The translations under genes and the position numbers were made by a program. A DNA stretch of 64,000 nucleotides from Candidatus Latescibacterota bacterium (GTDB taxonomy: Bacteria > Latescibacterota > UBA2968 > GCA-2709665). The notes beneath the pieces are model-generated. The model was not told where the DNA came from, did not search any database, and was given only the letters and a program-made list of their open reading frames with translations. Below, piece after piece: positions 37,014 through 47,378 of the stretch (positions within the stretch are counted from its first letter, which is position 1; each line of letters begins with the position of its first letter). The stretch is from NCBI GenBank assembly GCA_965226795.1, contig CBDDDZ010000005.1, forward strand, positions 1,474,016 through 1,538,015, written 5' to 3'.

Positions 37014-38255
37014 TTGCATCCGTGCCTTGACCGTCAACTATCCCTTGGACACATTGCAGCCGGCGCCACGAAAGTTGGCGTCAGATCACGGTGTGGGATG
37101 GACATGCCCTGGCCGGGTTCCGTCCATAAATCGTTCGTTAAACTGGTTCGCACGGAATTTCAGCGCCATCCGGAGGAGGTTGCGGTGTCGAAGCGTCTGT
37201 CGAAGAACACTACTATGGGTCAACTGCACACGCAAGCCCGACAGCTTCTGGACGATATCAGAAGTGGAGATCCGTCCACGTGTAAGCGGATCGTTCGTCA
37301 TCCGCACTATCTCTACAGGAATCTGAGCCCGAATGAGGTCAAAGGACTCGTGTTTACGCTGAGCGACGTCCGGCTCATCGTTGCCCGGGAATACAGGCAC
37401 AAGACCTGGACAAATCTCGAGGAAACCGTCCGAAAGGTTCGACAACTGGAAACATCGTCCGTTCAGGAGGCGATTCTGCAGGATCGAATGGATGACCTCA
37501 GGACTACGCTTGTCGGCCATCGAAACCTGGTTCACGAACCCCTCTATTGGCTCACGCGCTGGAACCGGATTCCGACCGGTTCCCTACTTTCGTTTGCACG
37601 TGAGAACGGATCGATCGCGTCGATGCAGGCGGTGGTTGAAGCTGGCGCGGATCCGACCGAGTTTCAGGATCAATTCTTCGGACTCTGTGAGAATCTGAAT
37701 CTGGACGGAATGCGGCGTATGGTCGCTATTGGTCTGGATCCGAATCGGGCTGTCAATGATGGATGGAACTGTGATGTGCTCCATGGGTGCCTTCAGACGT
37801 ACACCCGAAAGTCCGCCGATCATCTGCACGCCTGTATCAATCTGTTGATCGACGCAGGCGAGCGATTCGAAGATGGACCGGTGTGGGATCTGTTTCGGGC
37901 AAGAGGGACCGACTGGAACTGAGCACTGGCGAACGACAGGCATCTCGTGTATGAGAAATACGATTTCGACTATGGTAACCATCTGTCTCTCAGAGGGTCC
38001 ACGCTCTTGCACCTGGCGGCGGAATACAACCTGTTCTGGGCGGTGGATCTCCTTCTCTATTATGGCGCTGACCTCGATGCCCGTGTCGATATTTGTGCTG
38101 ACGGCGTGGGCGGGCATACTCCCATATATCATACGATTGCATCCAACGGGGAAGCATGTTTCGCCCTGTTCGAGTATCTCTTGAGCAAGGAACCCTACCT
38201 GAACGTGAAGGCATTCATTCAGGTGGACACGCAGCGGGGTGACTCACTCGCTTAG
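37014..38255 (+). pseudogene. Ankyrin-repeat protein interrupted by a single in-frame TGA (37920..37922); the two ORFs 37014..37922 and 37947..38255 are in the same frame
   Basis: ...FRARGTDWN*ALANDRHLVYEKYDFDYGNHLSLRGSTLLHLAAEYNLFWAVDLLLYYGADLDAR..GHTPIYHTIASNG. Ankyrin repeats lie on both sides of the stop. Confidence 0.55.
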
Positions 38256-38636
38256 AAGCGGCGTGGTCCCTGTGTACGTAGGCATCAGAGAGGTAACACC
38301 AATGGGGTACGCGCTTTGGTACGAGAAGGAACCGACCTACCGGAACGCACCTCGGGAAGTCAAACTGCTCAGGGACATCGGTGCGCCCGAGTGAGAGCTT
38401 TTCATCGCCGACCTTCGTGTTTGTCCCATTCCGTGCCCCCCTCGGCATTGCAGGTGACGTGCATCGAGAGAGGTGCTTCCGGACACGGTCTCCTCGCGCC
38501 GGTGAGTTTCTTGCGGCGAATTCCGTCCTGGCATCCGGCGGTGCTGGTTGAAATGCGACCTGCCGGACCGCACCGCGTTGAAGTCATGGCGCGATATTTC
38601 GCGTGAGGTCGCCGGTTTTGGCCCTCGGTACCCGTC

Positions 38637-38665
38637 TTGACAGGGTGATTTATCTTGTCTATATT
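38637..38665 (+). promoter_or_regulatory. Near-consensus sigma-70 promoter TTGACA, 17-nt spacer, TATATT, for the formate dehydrogenase operon
   Basis: Read directly from the sequence, about 85 nt upstream of the ATG at 38749. Confidence 0.5.
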
Positions 38666-38748
38666 AAAATGCTTAGTACAACAACGACGTGTTCCACCTG
38701 GAGGGGGGCAGGTTAGTTTCTGATCCACACGCATGGCGGGAGTGTGCA

Positions 38749-40410
38749 ATGGCGGGCCCTTCGGACGATGAACTGGTTCGACGCTGGAAAGACGAACCCG
38801 CACCGGTGCTGCCGTTGTTGCACGCGTTCCACGAACGGGATGGATATATCACTGATGAAGCCCTCCGGTCCATCTCGGTGGGCTTGAAAACACCGCTTGC
38901 AGATCTGTTTGGCACCGTAACGTTCTACCATCACCTTTCTCGCGAGCCCGGAGGCCTGAATAAATTCCGGGTGTGTACCGGCCCGATATGCGCGCTTCGG
39001 GGCGCACAGGAATTGTGCGATGCCCTGAACGGCGTCCCAATGGCATGCGCGGGCAGGTGTGACGAACCGGTACCGGTAATTCAGAGCCATCGCGTACTCG
39101 TAGGCACGAATGCACAGTGCCTACAGGAAGTACCAACGCCACCGCCCGCGCTAAATCCAGACAACCTGGAGGAGTGTGTCTTCCGTCACATTCGCGCGCC
39201 GAACCGCGCGACCCTCGAAGGATATCGCGCGACCCACGGGTACGAAGGGTTGGAAAGAGCCACAATTAAAATGCGGCCCGTGGAGGTTATGGAACGGGTT
39301 ACAGAGAGCGGGTTGACCGGCCGAGGCGGTGCCGGCTTCCCCACAGGTGCAAAATGGAAGGCGGTTGCAGAGGCCACCGGCGATCCGAAAACGGTTGTCT
39401 GCAACGCCGATGAGGGAGAACCGGGCTGCTTCAAGGATCGAGCCTTGATGGACTACGATCCGCACGCGGTGCTGGAGGGTATGGCCATCGCCGCGTTCGC
39501 AACGGGCGCCACACGAGGGTTCATTTATCTACGGTACGAATACCCGCAGACGCTGAGCATTCTGGAAAACGCCATTGAAGAAGCGGAGGCGGCCGGATTG
39601 CTTGGCGAAGGCATTATGGGGACGGACTTCGACTTTCGAATACATATTCGGCGCGGCGGAGGGGCGTATGTGTGCGGAGAAGAGGGGTCATTGCTGAACA
39701 GCCTGGAGGGCAGGCATCCGTTTCCCAGAAACCGACCGCCGTATCCCGTTACCCACGGATTTGAGGATCTGCCCACGGCGGTAAACAATGTTGAAACGCT
39801 GGTTGCCGTACCCCAGATCCTCCGAAAGGGTGCGGACTGGTACCGGGATCTTGGGCTGAACGGTCAACCCGGCACCAAAGTAATCAGTGTGTCCGGCGAT
39901 ATCGCAAGGCCGGGGAATTACGAGGTCCCGTTCGGCTTGCGACTGAAAACACTGCTTTACGATTGGGGCGGCGGCCCCCTCGAGGGCCGGAACATCCAGG
40001 CGGTGACGATGGCGGGGTTGTCCGGCGGCTTTGTAGCGGGCGACGCATTCGAAGCCACTCTCGACGAACCCAGCCTCCGCAGCTACGGCTCTTTTCTGGG
40101 CGCCGGGGGCATCATCGTATTTGACGATACCCGGGATATGGTTGAAGTTGCCCACGGCGCAATGGCCTTTTTTGCGGACGAGTCATGCGGCAAGTGTTTT
40201 CCGTGCCGAATCGGCACGCGCCGGTTGGCCGAGAGGCTTAACGGCGCTGTCGGACCCGGTCAGGTCGGACCATGGCGGGCGGAGGTTCATGATATCGGCC
40301 AGACAATGATGGCGACCAGCGCGTGCGGCCTGGGCACGGCGGCGCCTCTGGTGACCGAGAGCCTGATGAAGTATTTTCCGAATCAGGTCGAAAGGCACGT
40401 CGAACGGTAA
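38749..40410 (+). CDS. NAD-dependent formate dehydrogenase beta subunit: fused NuoE-like [2Fe-2S] and NuoF-like (FMN/NAD, 4Fe-4S) flavoprotein
   Basis: N-terminal NuoE-like Cys pattern (CTGPICALRG...CAGRCDEP). NuoF motifs GRGGAGFPTGAKWK and ESCGKCFPCRIGT. The start is set at the internal ATG of track ORF 38689..40410. Confidence 0.85.
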   Translation: MAGPSDDELVRRWKDEPAPVLPLLHAFHERDGYITDEALRSISVGLKTPLADLFGTVTFYHHLSREPGGLNKFRVCTGPICALRGAQELCDALNGVPMACAGRCDEPVPVIQSHRVLVGTNAQCLQEVPTPPPALNPDNLEECVFRHIRAPNRATLEGYRATHGYEGLERATIKMRPVEVMERVTESGLTGRGGAGFPTGAKWKAVAEATGDPKTVVCNADEGEPGCFKDRALMDYDPHAVLEGMAIAAFATGATRGFIYLRYEYPQTLSILENAIEEAEAAGLLGEGIMGTDFDFRIHIRRGGGAYVCGEEGSLLNSLEGRHPFPRNRPPYPVTHGFEDLPTAVNNVETLVAVPQILRKGADWYRDLGLNGQPGTKVISVSGDIARPGNYEVPFGLRLKTLLYDWGGGPLEGRNIQAVTMAGLSGGFVAGDAFEATLDEPSLRSYGSFLGAGGIIVFDDTRDMVEVAHGAMAFFADESCGKCFPCRIGTRRLAERLNGAVGPGQVGPWRAEVHDIGQTMMATSACGLGTAAPLVTESLMKYFPNQVERHVER

Positions 40411-40462
40411 AGATCCGCGCCGGTGTGCGTGAGTCCCACTGACCCTATCTGGAAGGCGGGAA

Positions 40463-43204
40463 GTGATGGTCACAGTTGAAAATGGAGCCAATACTGCCAC
40501 GATGACTCTGGACAAGGAAACGGTAACGTTTTCCGAAGGCGAAACCGTTTTTGACGTGGCGCAAAAGCACTCCAAAGATGTGCCGACGCTGTGTTACGAC
40601 TCCCGGCTGAAACCCTTTGGAAGTTGCCGCCTCTGCGTGGTGGATGTGGAGGGTGCGCGAACCCCCCTGGCTTCATGCACCACGCCCGCGACACCGGGGA
40701 TGGTCGTGCGTACGGAGACGGATGCGATACTGAGGTATCGAAAGGTGTTGCTGGAGATGGTGGCCTCCGAAAACCCCGTGATCGACGTAGACCCCCTTAG
40801 TGGTTACGCCTCCCAGGAACTGGCAACTCTTGTAGATCGATACGGTGCGCGGACCGGCCGGTTCAAGGGAGCGCAGTCCGGACGCAGCAAGGTGGAGGAC
40901 GACAATCCATTTCTTCTGCGTGATTATGACAAATGCATCTCTTGCTACCGTTGCGTCAGGGTATGTGCCGAGCAGGAGGGAGATGATGCAATCAGCGTGA
41001 TGAACCGCGGCTTCGAGACACAGATTGTAACCGAATTCGATGGTCTGCTGAAAGAGTCGTCATGTACGTTTTGCGGGCAGTGTATTCAGACGTGCCCCAC
41101 GGGTGCGCTTGCGGACAAGAAAGCGTTGCGGGCGTCCAGCGATCCGGGCGAAATTAAAAAAACGCGTACTATCTGCCCGTATTGCGGGGTGGGGTGTTCG
41201 GTGGACGTAATGATCAAAGGGGAGAAGATTGTGGGCATCCAGCCCGCGATGGACGGTCCCGCAAACCTGGGTGCGCTTTGTGTCAAGGGACAGTTTGCTT
41301 TCGACTTCGTACACCACCGTGATCGGCTGAAGATGCCGCTGGTGCGCGGAGGAGACGGCAGACTGCACGAAACGAGCTGGGAGGAGGCACTGGATCGCGC
41401 CGCGCAGGGTTTCAAGGATGCGCGGGCGGCGCATGGGAAGTACAGCGCGTACGGGGTGGCCTCCGGCCGTGCGCCTACCGAGGCTGCCTACCTGATGGGT
41501 AAATTCATCCGCGCCGGCTTCGGCACCAACTATATAGACAACTGCAGCCGTGCGTGACACGCCCCAACGGTTGCCGGTCTGGCAGCCACGGTCGGACGGG
41601 GCGCGATGTCGAATCCACTGGTCGATATGGAAAAGCCCGATGTGTTCTTCTGCATCGGGACGAATATGACCGAGTGCCATCCAGTGGCGGCCACGCGGCT
41701 AAAGAAAGCGATACGCAGGGGGGCAAAACTGATTGTCGCGGATCCCCGGCGCATCCCTCTGGCCGAGATGGCGGATCTGTATCTTCCGTTACGGGTGGGA
41801 TCCGACGTTGCGCTCTTGCTTGCGATGGCCCACGTCATCGCAAGGGAAGGGTTGATCGACCGGGACTTTATCGAAAACCGGACGGTGAAGGCTGAGGACT
41901 TCCTGGAGCATGTGAAGGAGTATCCCCCGGAATGGGCCGAGAGAATCACGGGCGTGCCAGCGAAGGACATTGAACTGGCCGCCATCTGGTACGGCATGGC
42001 CGATAGGGGTGCAATTTACTATACGCTGGGAATTACCGAGCATATCTGTGGCGTTGACAATGTTCAGAGCCTCTGTAATCTGGCCCTGATGACGGGAAAC
42101 CTGGGGCGCGACGGTACGGGCATCAATCCGATGCGCGGCCAGAACAATATCCAGGGCGCAGGGGATTCGGGAGCTGTTCCGGATAAATTCCCAGGGTTCC
42201 AGCCGTGCGACGACCAGGAAAACGCGATAAAATTCTCACGCCTTTATGGCCGGCGTATCGACGCGGAAAAGGGTGTTACCAAGGTGGCGGCATTGAACCT
42301 GTGCGGCGACCGGATCCGCGCAATGATGATAGACGGCGAGAACACTGTTGTATCCGATCCGGACCGGGCGCATTGCACGCGGGCATTGCAGAGCCTGGAC
42401 CACCTGGTGGTGATCGATATTTTCTTGACCGAAACGGCTGAACTTGCCGACGTCGTGCTGCCGGCCACGGCTTGGGGGGAGACGGACGGGACGTGCACGA
42501 ATACCGAGCGGCGTGTCCAGCGCCTGCGCGCGGCGGTCCCGCCCCCTGGCGAGGCCCGTCCCGATTGGTGGATTGTAAGTGAGCTTGCGAAACGCATGGG
42601 AACGCCGGGATTCGGGTATGGTTCTGCGAAAGACGTGTTCAACGAGTTGTGCAGCGTGTCGCCCATATACGCAGGGCTGAATTGGGATCGAATCGAACAC
42701 GGGCAGTATCATTGGCCGGTCCCGTACGGAGGCCATCCCGGCACGCCGATGTTGCACGAAGGCGAATTTTCAAACGGCCGGGGTATTTTCACGAAGATTC
42801 GCTATCGCGATCCGGCGGAGACGGTCAGCGACGCCTTTCCGGTTTGGTTGACTACGGGTCGCAGATTGCAGGCCTACCATACTCGAACTCAGACAGGGCG
42901 GGCGACGGGGATGGACTGGCTTCTTTCCGAAGAGACGCTGGAAGTACATCCGGCGGACGTGTCGGCCTGGGGTCTGACCGACGGCGGCTTGTGCCGGATG
43001 TCGAGCGAACGAGGTTCCATTCGGATCAAGGTGAAGGCGACCCGGCAATCACCCCGTGGTACCGTGTTTGCCAGTTTTGGTTTCAATGACGTTCCGGTGA
43101 ATATCCTGACCGGTTCGGGCTACGATCCCATTACGGAGACAGCCGAATTAAAGGTTTGTCCGGTTCGTATTGAACCACTTGTACCAGAACGATATATACC
43201 CTAA
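40463..43204 (+). CDS. fdhA: Formate dehydrogenase alpha subunit (molybdopterin, NuoG-like N-terminal Fe-S domains) with in-frame UGA selenocysteine at 41555..41557
   Basis: Track ORFs 40463..41557 and 41606..43204 are in the same frame. Read-through gives ...NYIDNCSRA-U-HAPTVAGLAATVGRG..., matching the conserved C-x-R-[VA]-U-H-[GA]-P-[ST]-V-x-G-L selenocysteine site of FdhF/FdhA. A bSECIS-like hairpin follows. Confidence 0.9.
41569..41587 (+). promoter_or_regulatory. Bacterial SECIS-like hairpin (GGUUGCC-GGUCU-GGCAGCC) 12 nt downstream of the UGA
   Basis: 7-bp stem (one G-U pair) with the apical loop GGUCU. Sequence and spacing resemble the E. coli fdhF SECIS (UGCA-GGUC-UGCA). Confidence 0.6.
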
Positions 43205-43213
43205 GGATTAAAG

Positions 43214-44044
43214 TTGAATTCAGGCATTACACAGCGAGTCGTGTCGAGGGTGAATAACGGCTGTCCGGCGCGTTCGATTCAGGACGATATCGCGATAGAA
43301 GAGCCCCTGGAAATCCGCGTGGCGGGGGATCCGGTGGCCGTCACCATGCGCTCTCCCGGAAATGACTCCCGGCTCGCCGTGGGTTTTCTGTTTTCGGAAG
43401 GGATTATCGCGTCTATCGAGGACATTGGGCGGGTATATCACTGCGGAAGGCCCGGGACAGAGGCATACGGTAATGCGATTGACGTGCTGCCCGCGCCCGG
43501 CCACAGTCTGGATATCGAGCGGGTTAGCGCCAGCCGGCGCGGCACGCTGACGACGTCTGCGTGTGGGGTATGTGGTCGACTGGGCATAGCTGACCTGGTG
43601 GAGCGTTGTTCTGTTTTGCCGCCTGGACCGAAGATATCGGCGAAATTGCTATCTGATACGATTGAAAATATGACACGGATTCAGCCCACATTCACCCACA
43701 CCGGCGGTGTGCACGCCGCCGCCGCGTTCGGCCTGGACGGCTGCGCGCTTGTATGCAGCGAAGATGTGGGCCGACACAATGCCGTGGACAAAACCGTCGG
43801 CGCACTGCTTTTCGACAGATTGGTGGGAGCGTCTCGGGGAGCCGTCGTACTGGCCGTCAGCGGCAGATCGAGCTTTGAAATCGTCCAGAAAGCGGCAGTC
43901 GCACGAATTCCTATTGTTGCAAGCGTCTCGGCCGCCAGTTCGCTGGCGGTCGATCTTGCAACCGATGTGGGTATTACTCTTGCGGGATTTGTTCGCCGGA
44001 AGGGCTTCAATCTGTACGCGCACCCTGAACGGATTGTGCCATAA
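43214..44044 (+). CDS. fdhD: Formate dehydrogenase accessory sulfurtransferase FdhD
   Basis: DDIAIEEPLEIRV..TTSACGVCG (catalytic Cys loop)..EDVGRHNAVDK. Confidence 0.9.
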   Translation: MNSGITQRVVSRVNNGCPARSIQDDIAIEEPLEIRVAGDPVAVTMRSPGNDSRLAVGFLFSEGIIASIEDIGRVYHCGRPGTEAYGNAIDVLPAPGHSLDIERVSASRRGTLTTSACGVCGRLGIADLVERCSVLPPGPKISAKLLSDTIENMTRIQPTFTHTGGVHAAAAFGLDGCALVCSEDVGRHNAVDKTVGALLFDRLVGASRGAVVLAVSGRSSFEIVQKAAVARIPIVASVSAASSLAVDLATDVGITLAGFVRRKGFNLYAHPERIVP

Positions 44045-44054
44045 GGAGTGGACG

Positions 44055-44282
44055 ATGCCTATTTTTGAGTTTATCTGCGGCAGTTGCCGTCATCCCTTCG
44101 AGATGTTCATTCAGGGCTCCCAGGAACCGCGCTGCCCATCCTGTGGCAGCAGCGAACTTGAAAAACAACTTTCGGTTTTTGCCGTAAGTGGAGGTAGCGG
44201 CCAAACGGTGGATCCCGAACCCCTGGGGCCCTGCGGAACCTGCGGAGAACCCAGAGGTCCTGGCGCCTGTTCACTGAATTAG
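44055..44282 (+). CDS. FmdB-family zinc-ribbon protein (putative regulatory protein)
   Basis: MPIFEFICGSCRHPFE...RCPSCGS...CGTCGE. CxxC pairs. AAGGAG SD 8 nt upstream of the ATG. Confidence 0.7.
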   Translation: MPIFEFICGSCRHPFEMFIQGSQEPRCPSCGSSELEKQLSVFAVSGGSGQTVDPEPLGPCGTCGEPRGPGACSLN

Positions 44283-44288
44283 GCATTG

Positions 44289-44321
44289 GATCCCGGTTGA
44301 AAACGCCGGGATCTTTTTTTT
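44289..44321 (+). terminator. Strong rho-independent terminator (GATCCCGG-ttgaaaacg-CCGGGATC plus T8)
   Basis: Perfect 8-bp GC-rich stem followed by TTTTTTTT, directly after fmdB. Confidence 0.7.
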
Positions 44322-44401
44322 GTACATGAATTGGGAATCCGAGCGAATTTTCCATTAATCCTGTCGGTTCCGCAGGTTGTTTCCTACGTGAAGAATGTGA
44401 G

Positions 44402-44419
44402 ATTTGCATTTGTGCAAAT
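44402..44419. promoter_or_regulatory. Perfect palindrome ATTTGCA-N4-TGCAAAT (candidate operator) upstream of the Hcy-MTase fusion gene
   Basis: Read directly from the sequence, about 150 nt upstream of the ATG at 44571. Confidence 0.3.
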
Positions 44420-44570
44420 TTCCATTCCGACCTATCTTTGGCGGAGTTGGCTCCATAGCGCGTCGACCCCCGCGCCGGGCCACATGCGCGGATTCAATTC
44501 GACGTTTTTGCCGAACCGGAACGGCCTTCGTCCGGCCTGCTGGCTGCCGGCCCGTTGGGGAGTATTCGAC

Positions 44571-46334
44571 ATGGGCGCCGTGTTCACAAAAGCCTACCGC
44601 CGTATTCAACAATCGATTGCCGAGGATCGTTGTGTGATTCTGGATGGCGGCGTTGCCACGGAACTGGACCGGATGGGACTTCGGGATCACGCCATCAGCG
44701 ATCACACCCTCTGGGGCACCTGGGCATTGTACCATGAACCCTATTCGGTGCTGGATGTACACCGACGGTTTGTGGAGGTCGGCTGCGACGTAATTTCAAC
44801 CAATACCTGGGGGATCCTGGAAGGTTCGGAGATAGGCGGGCGAGGGCTGGCGGCAGGTGCCGGAATATCGCATTGGATGGATGTGGCGCAACGCGGTATC
44901 ACGTTGGCGCGCCGGGCAAATCAACAGGTGGGCAGGGAGGACGAATGCGCGGTGGCCTTCAGCGTAAATGGAGACATCGATACCTCTCAGCGGTTGGAAC
45001 GATTACAGCTGCTTTCAAGGGTATTTGTAGACGATCCTCCCGATCTCATCTTGATGGAAACGATGTCAATTGTCCGCGAGGATCTCACGCTTCCTGCGGT
45101 CGAACTGATGATTCAGACAGGTATTCCGGTGTGGCTGAGCTTCCGGCGCTGCAGGCAGGGTCTGTGCGGGGTGCACGGGCAGCACTGGGGGGGTCCCGAA
45201 GGAGATTATTTTGGCAGATTGGCTGCCCGTTTCGAACGAATGGAAATTGGGGCCCTTTTGATCAACTGTCTGCCGGTGGAGCACGTGTCCGGGATGATAT
45301 CGTGGCTGAGGGATTTTACCGATCTTCCACTGGGCGTGTACCCGAACCTGGGGCGTTACCTGGACCCGGGTTGGAAATTCGACGAAACCGTGGGGCCGCG
45401 ATGCTTTGCCGCGTTGGCCGAGGCCTGGCGCGAAGAGGGGGCGCAGATCGTCGGCGGGTGCTGTGGTGTCACGCCCGATCACATTGCTCAAGCCAGAGAG
45501 GCGCTGGCGTGTACCCGGGCGGGCCGTAAGCGAGTCCAGCCTCGTATATTAGCGGGGGGCGGAACCAATTGTGAAGATGGGGTCGTTCCGTGTCCATGGG
45601 TAGACGAGAACATGCGGTCGCTCTTTCCGCTGCCATTTCCTGAAATTGTGTGCGATCCGGGGGTGTTCGCTCCAACGCAGGGGAGCTTTTTGATCTGGAA
45701 GCATCTCTTTCGAACGGGCGCCGGCCAAGGCAAACGCTGCCTGGATGTCGGTTGCGGCACCGGAATCCTGTCCGTGCAACTCGCGTTGAACGGCGCTGCG
45801 CATGTCGTGGCAATCGATATCCAGAAAGAAGCCGTCGGCAATACGATGACGAACGCTTTTCGAAACGGCGTGGCAGATCGCATTTACGGACGGGTTGCGG
45901 ATCTCTATACCTTTGTACCGGAAGACAGGTATGACCTGGTCATCGGCAGTCTTTATCAGATGCCGGTGGATCCGATCCGGCAGACAACCGGACACCGTAC
46001 CGCCGATTTCTGGGGGAGGAATCTTCTCGATCACCTGATTGGGCTGCTGCCGCAGATGCTGGCCGACCACGGTGTCGCCTATCTGATGCAGATTTCGGCT
46101 TTGAGTCAGATTCAAACGTCCGATCTGATTTCGGACTCGGGACTGGACGCGACGGTAATAGACTTCAGCTTTTTTCATTTCAGCCCGGTATTTGACGAAA
46201 ATATCGATCAGATCCGGCGGGTCTCCGAGTTGTCCGATGCCTTTCACCTGAGTTTTGGTCAGGACAACGTGATGGTGATGTACCTGCTGGAACTAAAGTT
46301 CGGCGCAGGCAATCCTTTAGATAGTCCGGTTTGA
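44571..46334 (+). CDS. Fusion protein: homocysteine S-methyltransferase (Pfam S-methyl_trans) domain plus class I SAM-dependent methyltransferase domain
   Basis: N-domain: RCVILDGGVATELDRMGL ... VGGCCGVTPDHI (zinc/Hcy-binding GGCCG). C-domain: KRCLDVGCGTGILSV (motif I), VVAIDI (motif II), LVIGSLYQMP. The start is at an internal ATG with a GGGGAG SD; the 80-aa upstream extension in the track ORF is non-protein-like. Confidence 0.7.
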   Translation: MGAVFTKAYRRIQQSIAEDRCVILDGGVATELDRMGLRDHAISDHTLWGTWALYHEPYSVLDVHRRFVEVGCDVISTNTWGILEGSEIGGRGLAAGAGISHWMDVAQRGITLARRANQQVGREDECAVAFSVNGDIDTSQRLERLQLLSRVFVDDPPDLILMETMSIVREDLTLPAVELMIQTGIPVWLSFRRCRQGLCGVHGQHWGGPEGDYFGRLAARFERMEIGALLINCLPVEHVSGMISWLRDFTDLPLGVYPNLGRYLDPGWKFDETVGPRCFAALAEAWREEGAQIVGGCCGVTPDHIAQAREALACTRAGRKRVQPRILAGGGTNCEDGVVPCPWVDENMRSLFPLPFPEIVCDPGVFAPTQGSFLIWKHLFRTGAGQGKRCLDVGCGTGILSVQLALNGAAHVVAIDIQKEAVGNTMTNAFRNGVADRIYGRVADLYTFVPEDRYDLVIGSLYQMPVDPIRQTTGHRTADFWGRNLLDHLIGLLPQMLADHGVAYLMQISALSQIQTSDLISDSGLDATVIDFSFFHFSPVFDENIDQIRRVSELSDAFHLSFGQDNVMVMYLLELKFGAGNPLDSPV

Positions 46335-46468
46335 GCACATCGCGCCGTCCGATCCTCGACGTGAGTATAACCGGCTTCAGTGTCGACGATCCGGGAAACG
46401 GTAGAGGCCCGCGCGTTTGAACGGTGGTCTCAGGCGGCATGGACACGGTATTCGCCCCGGAATGTCAA

Positions 46469-47288
46469 ATGGTCGATCAATTTCTGAAGGGACGGGCCGC
46501 GATCGTTACAGGAGGCGCCAGTGGACTCGGCAGTGCCATTGCATTGCGCGGGTGCGGACATCTGCATCATGTCCCTGAGCAGCCGCCGCGTGAAACGCGT
46601 GGACAGCGAGGTAAAATACTTCGAGGACGTCGACGAGATCGAGACAACACGGCAGGAAATCCAGGAATTGGGCGTGCGGTGCATCGGTCTGGACGGGGAC
46701 GTCAGTTCGGAGGCGGACGTGGAGGACATGATCGGCCAGACCGTCAGGACCTTCGGCAGGTTGGATATTCTGGTAAACAACGCCGCGACAAACGTGATAC
46801 ATCCAATCCTCAACCACGACAACCACGCCTGGAGACGCGTGGTGGACGTCAATCTGTTCGGACCCTACCTGTGTACCCGGAACGCACTGCCCCATATGAT
46901 CGAAAACGGTTGGGGACGAATCGTCTCTATCGGTTCTACCAATTCCCACGTCGGGTCGTCCAGTTACAGTGCTTACGCGGCGTCCAAGCACGGGTTGTTG
47001 GGGTTCAACAGATCAATCGCACTGGAGGTGGCGGCCCACCACATTACGGCCAATACCGTCAGCCCGGCAACGATCGAGACACCGTCCGGTCAACTGCATT
47101 TGCTGCGGTGGGTGGAAGACCGGGGTCTTTCATGCGAAGCCATGAGAGAGGAGTTCATAAAATCCTATCCGCAGGGCAGATTCCTGCGCCCCGAGGAAAT
47201 CGCCGATCTGGTAGTCTATCTGTGCCGGGAACAAGCGCAGGGAATCAACGGGGAAGATATCCGTGTTACAACGGGTGCGATGTACTAG
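46469..47288 (+). CDS. SDR-family oxidoreductase, interrupted by an apparent 1-nt indel near 46548
   Basis: The Rossmann motif KGRAAIVTGGASGLGSAIALR is in the frame of track ORF 46424. The remainder (LVNNAATN...; S...YSAYAASKHGL catalytic Tyr/Lys) is in track ORF 46521..47288. Removing one G from the GGG at about 46550 gives ...SAIALRGADICIMSL... Confidence 0.7.
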
Positions 47289-47378
47289 ACCTTATGTATC
47301 GACGGACAAGCGTTCGGGGCCGCGGCGAATGTCCCCGAAACCACGCGATCGTGATCGTCGTGGCTGATGGAGGCATCA

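Noticed and set aside
37920-37922. In-frame TGA in the ankyrin gene as a possible selenocysteine codon
   Set aside because: No SECIS-like hairpin with a GGUC loop downstream. Ankyrin proteins are not selenoproteins. Nonsense mutation or error is more likely.
41606-41608. ATG used by the track as the start of a separate 532-aa ORF
   Set aside because: It is an internal Met of fdhA. The upstream ORF is in the same frame, joined through UGA (Sec).
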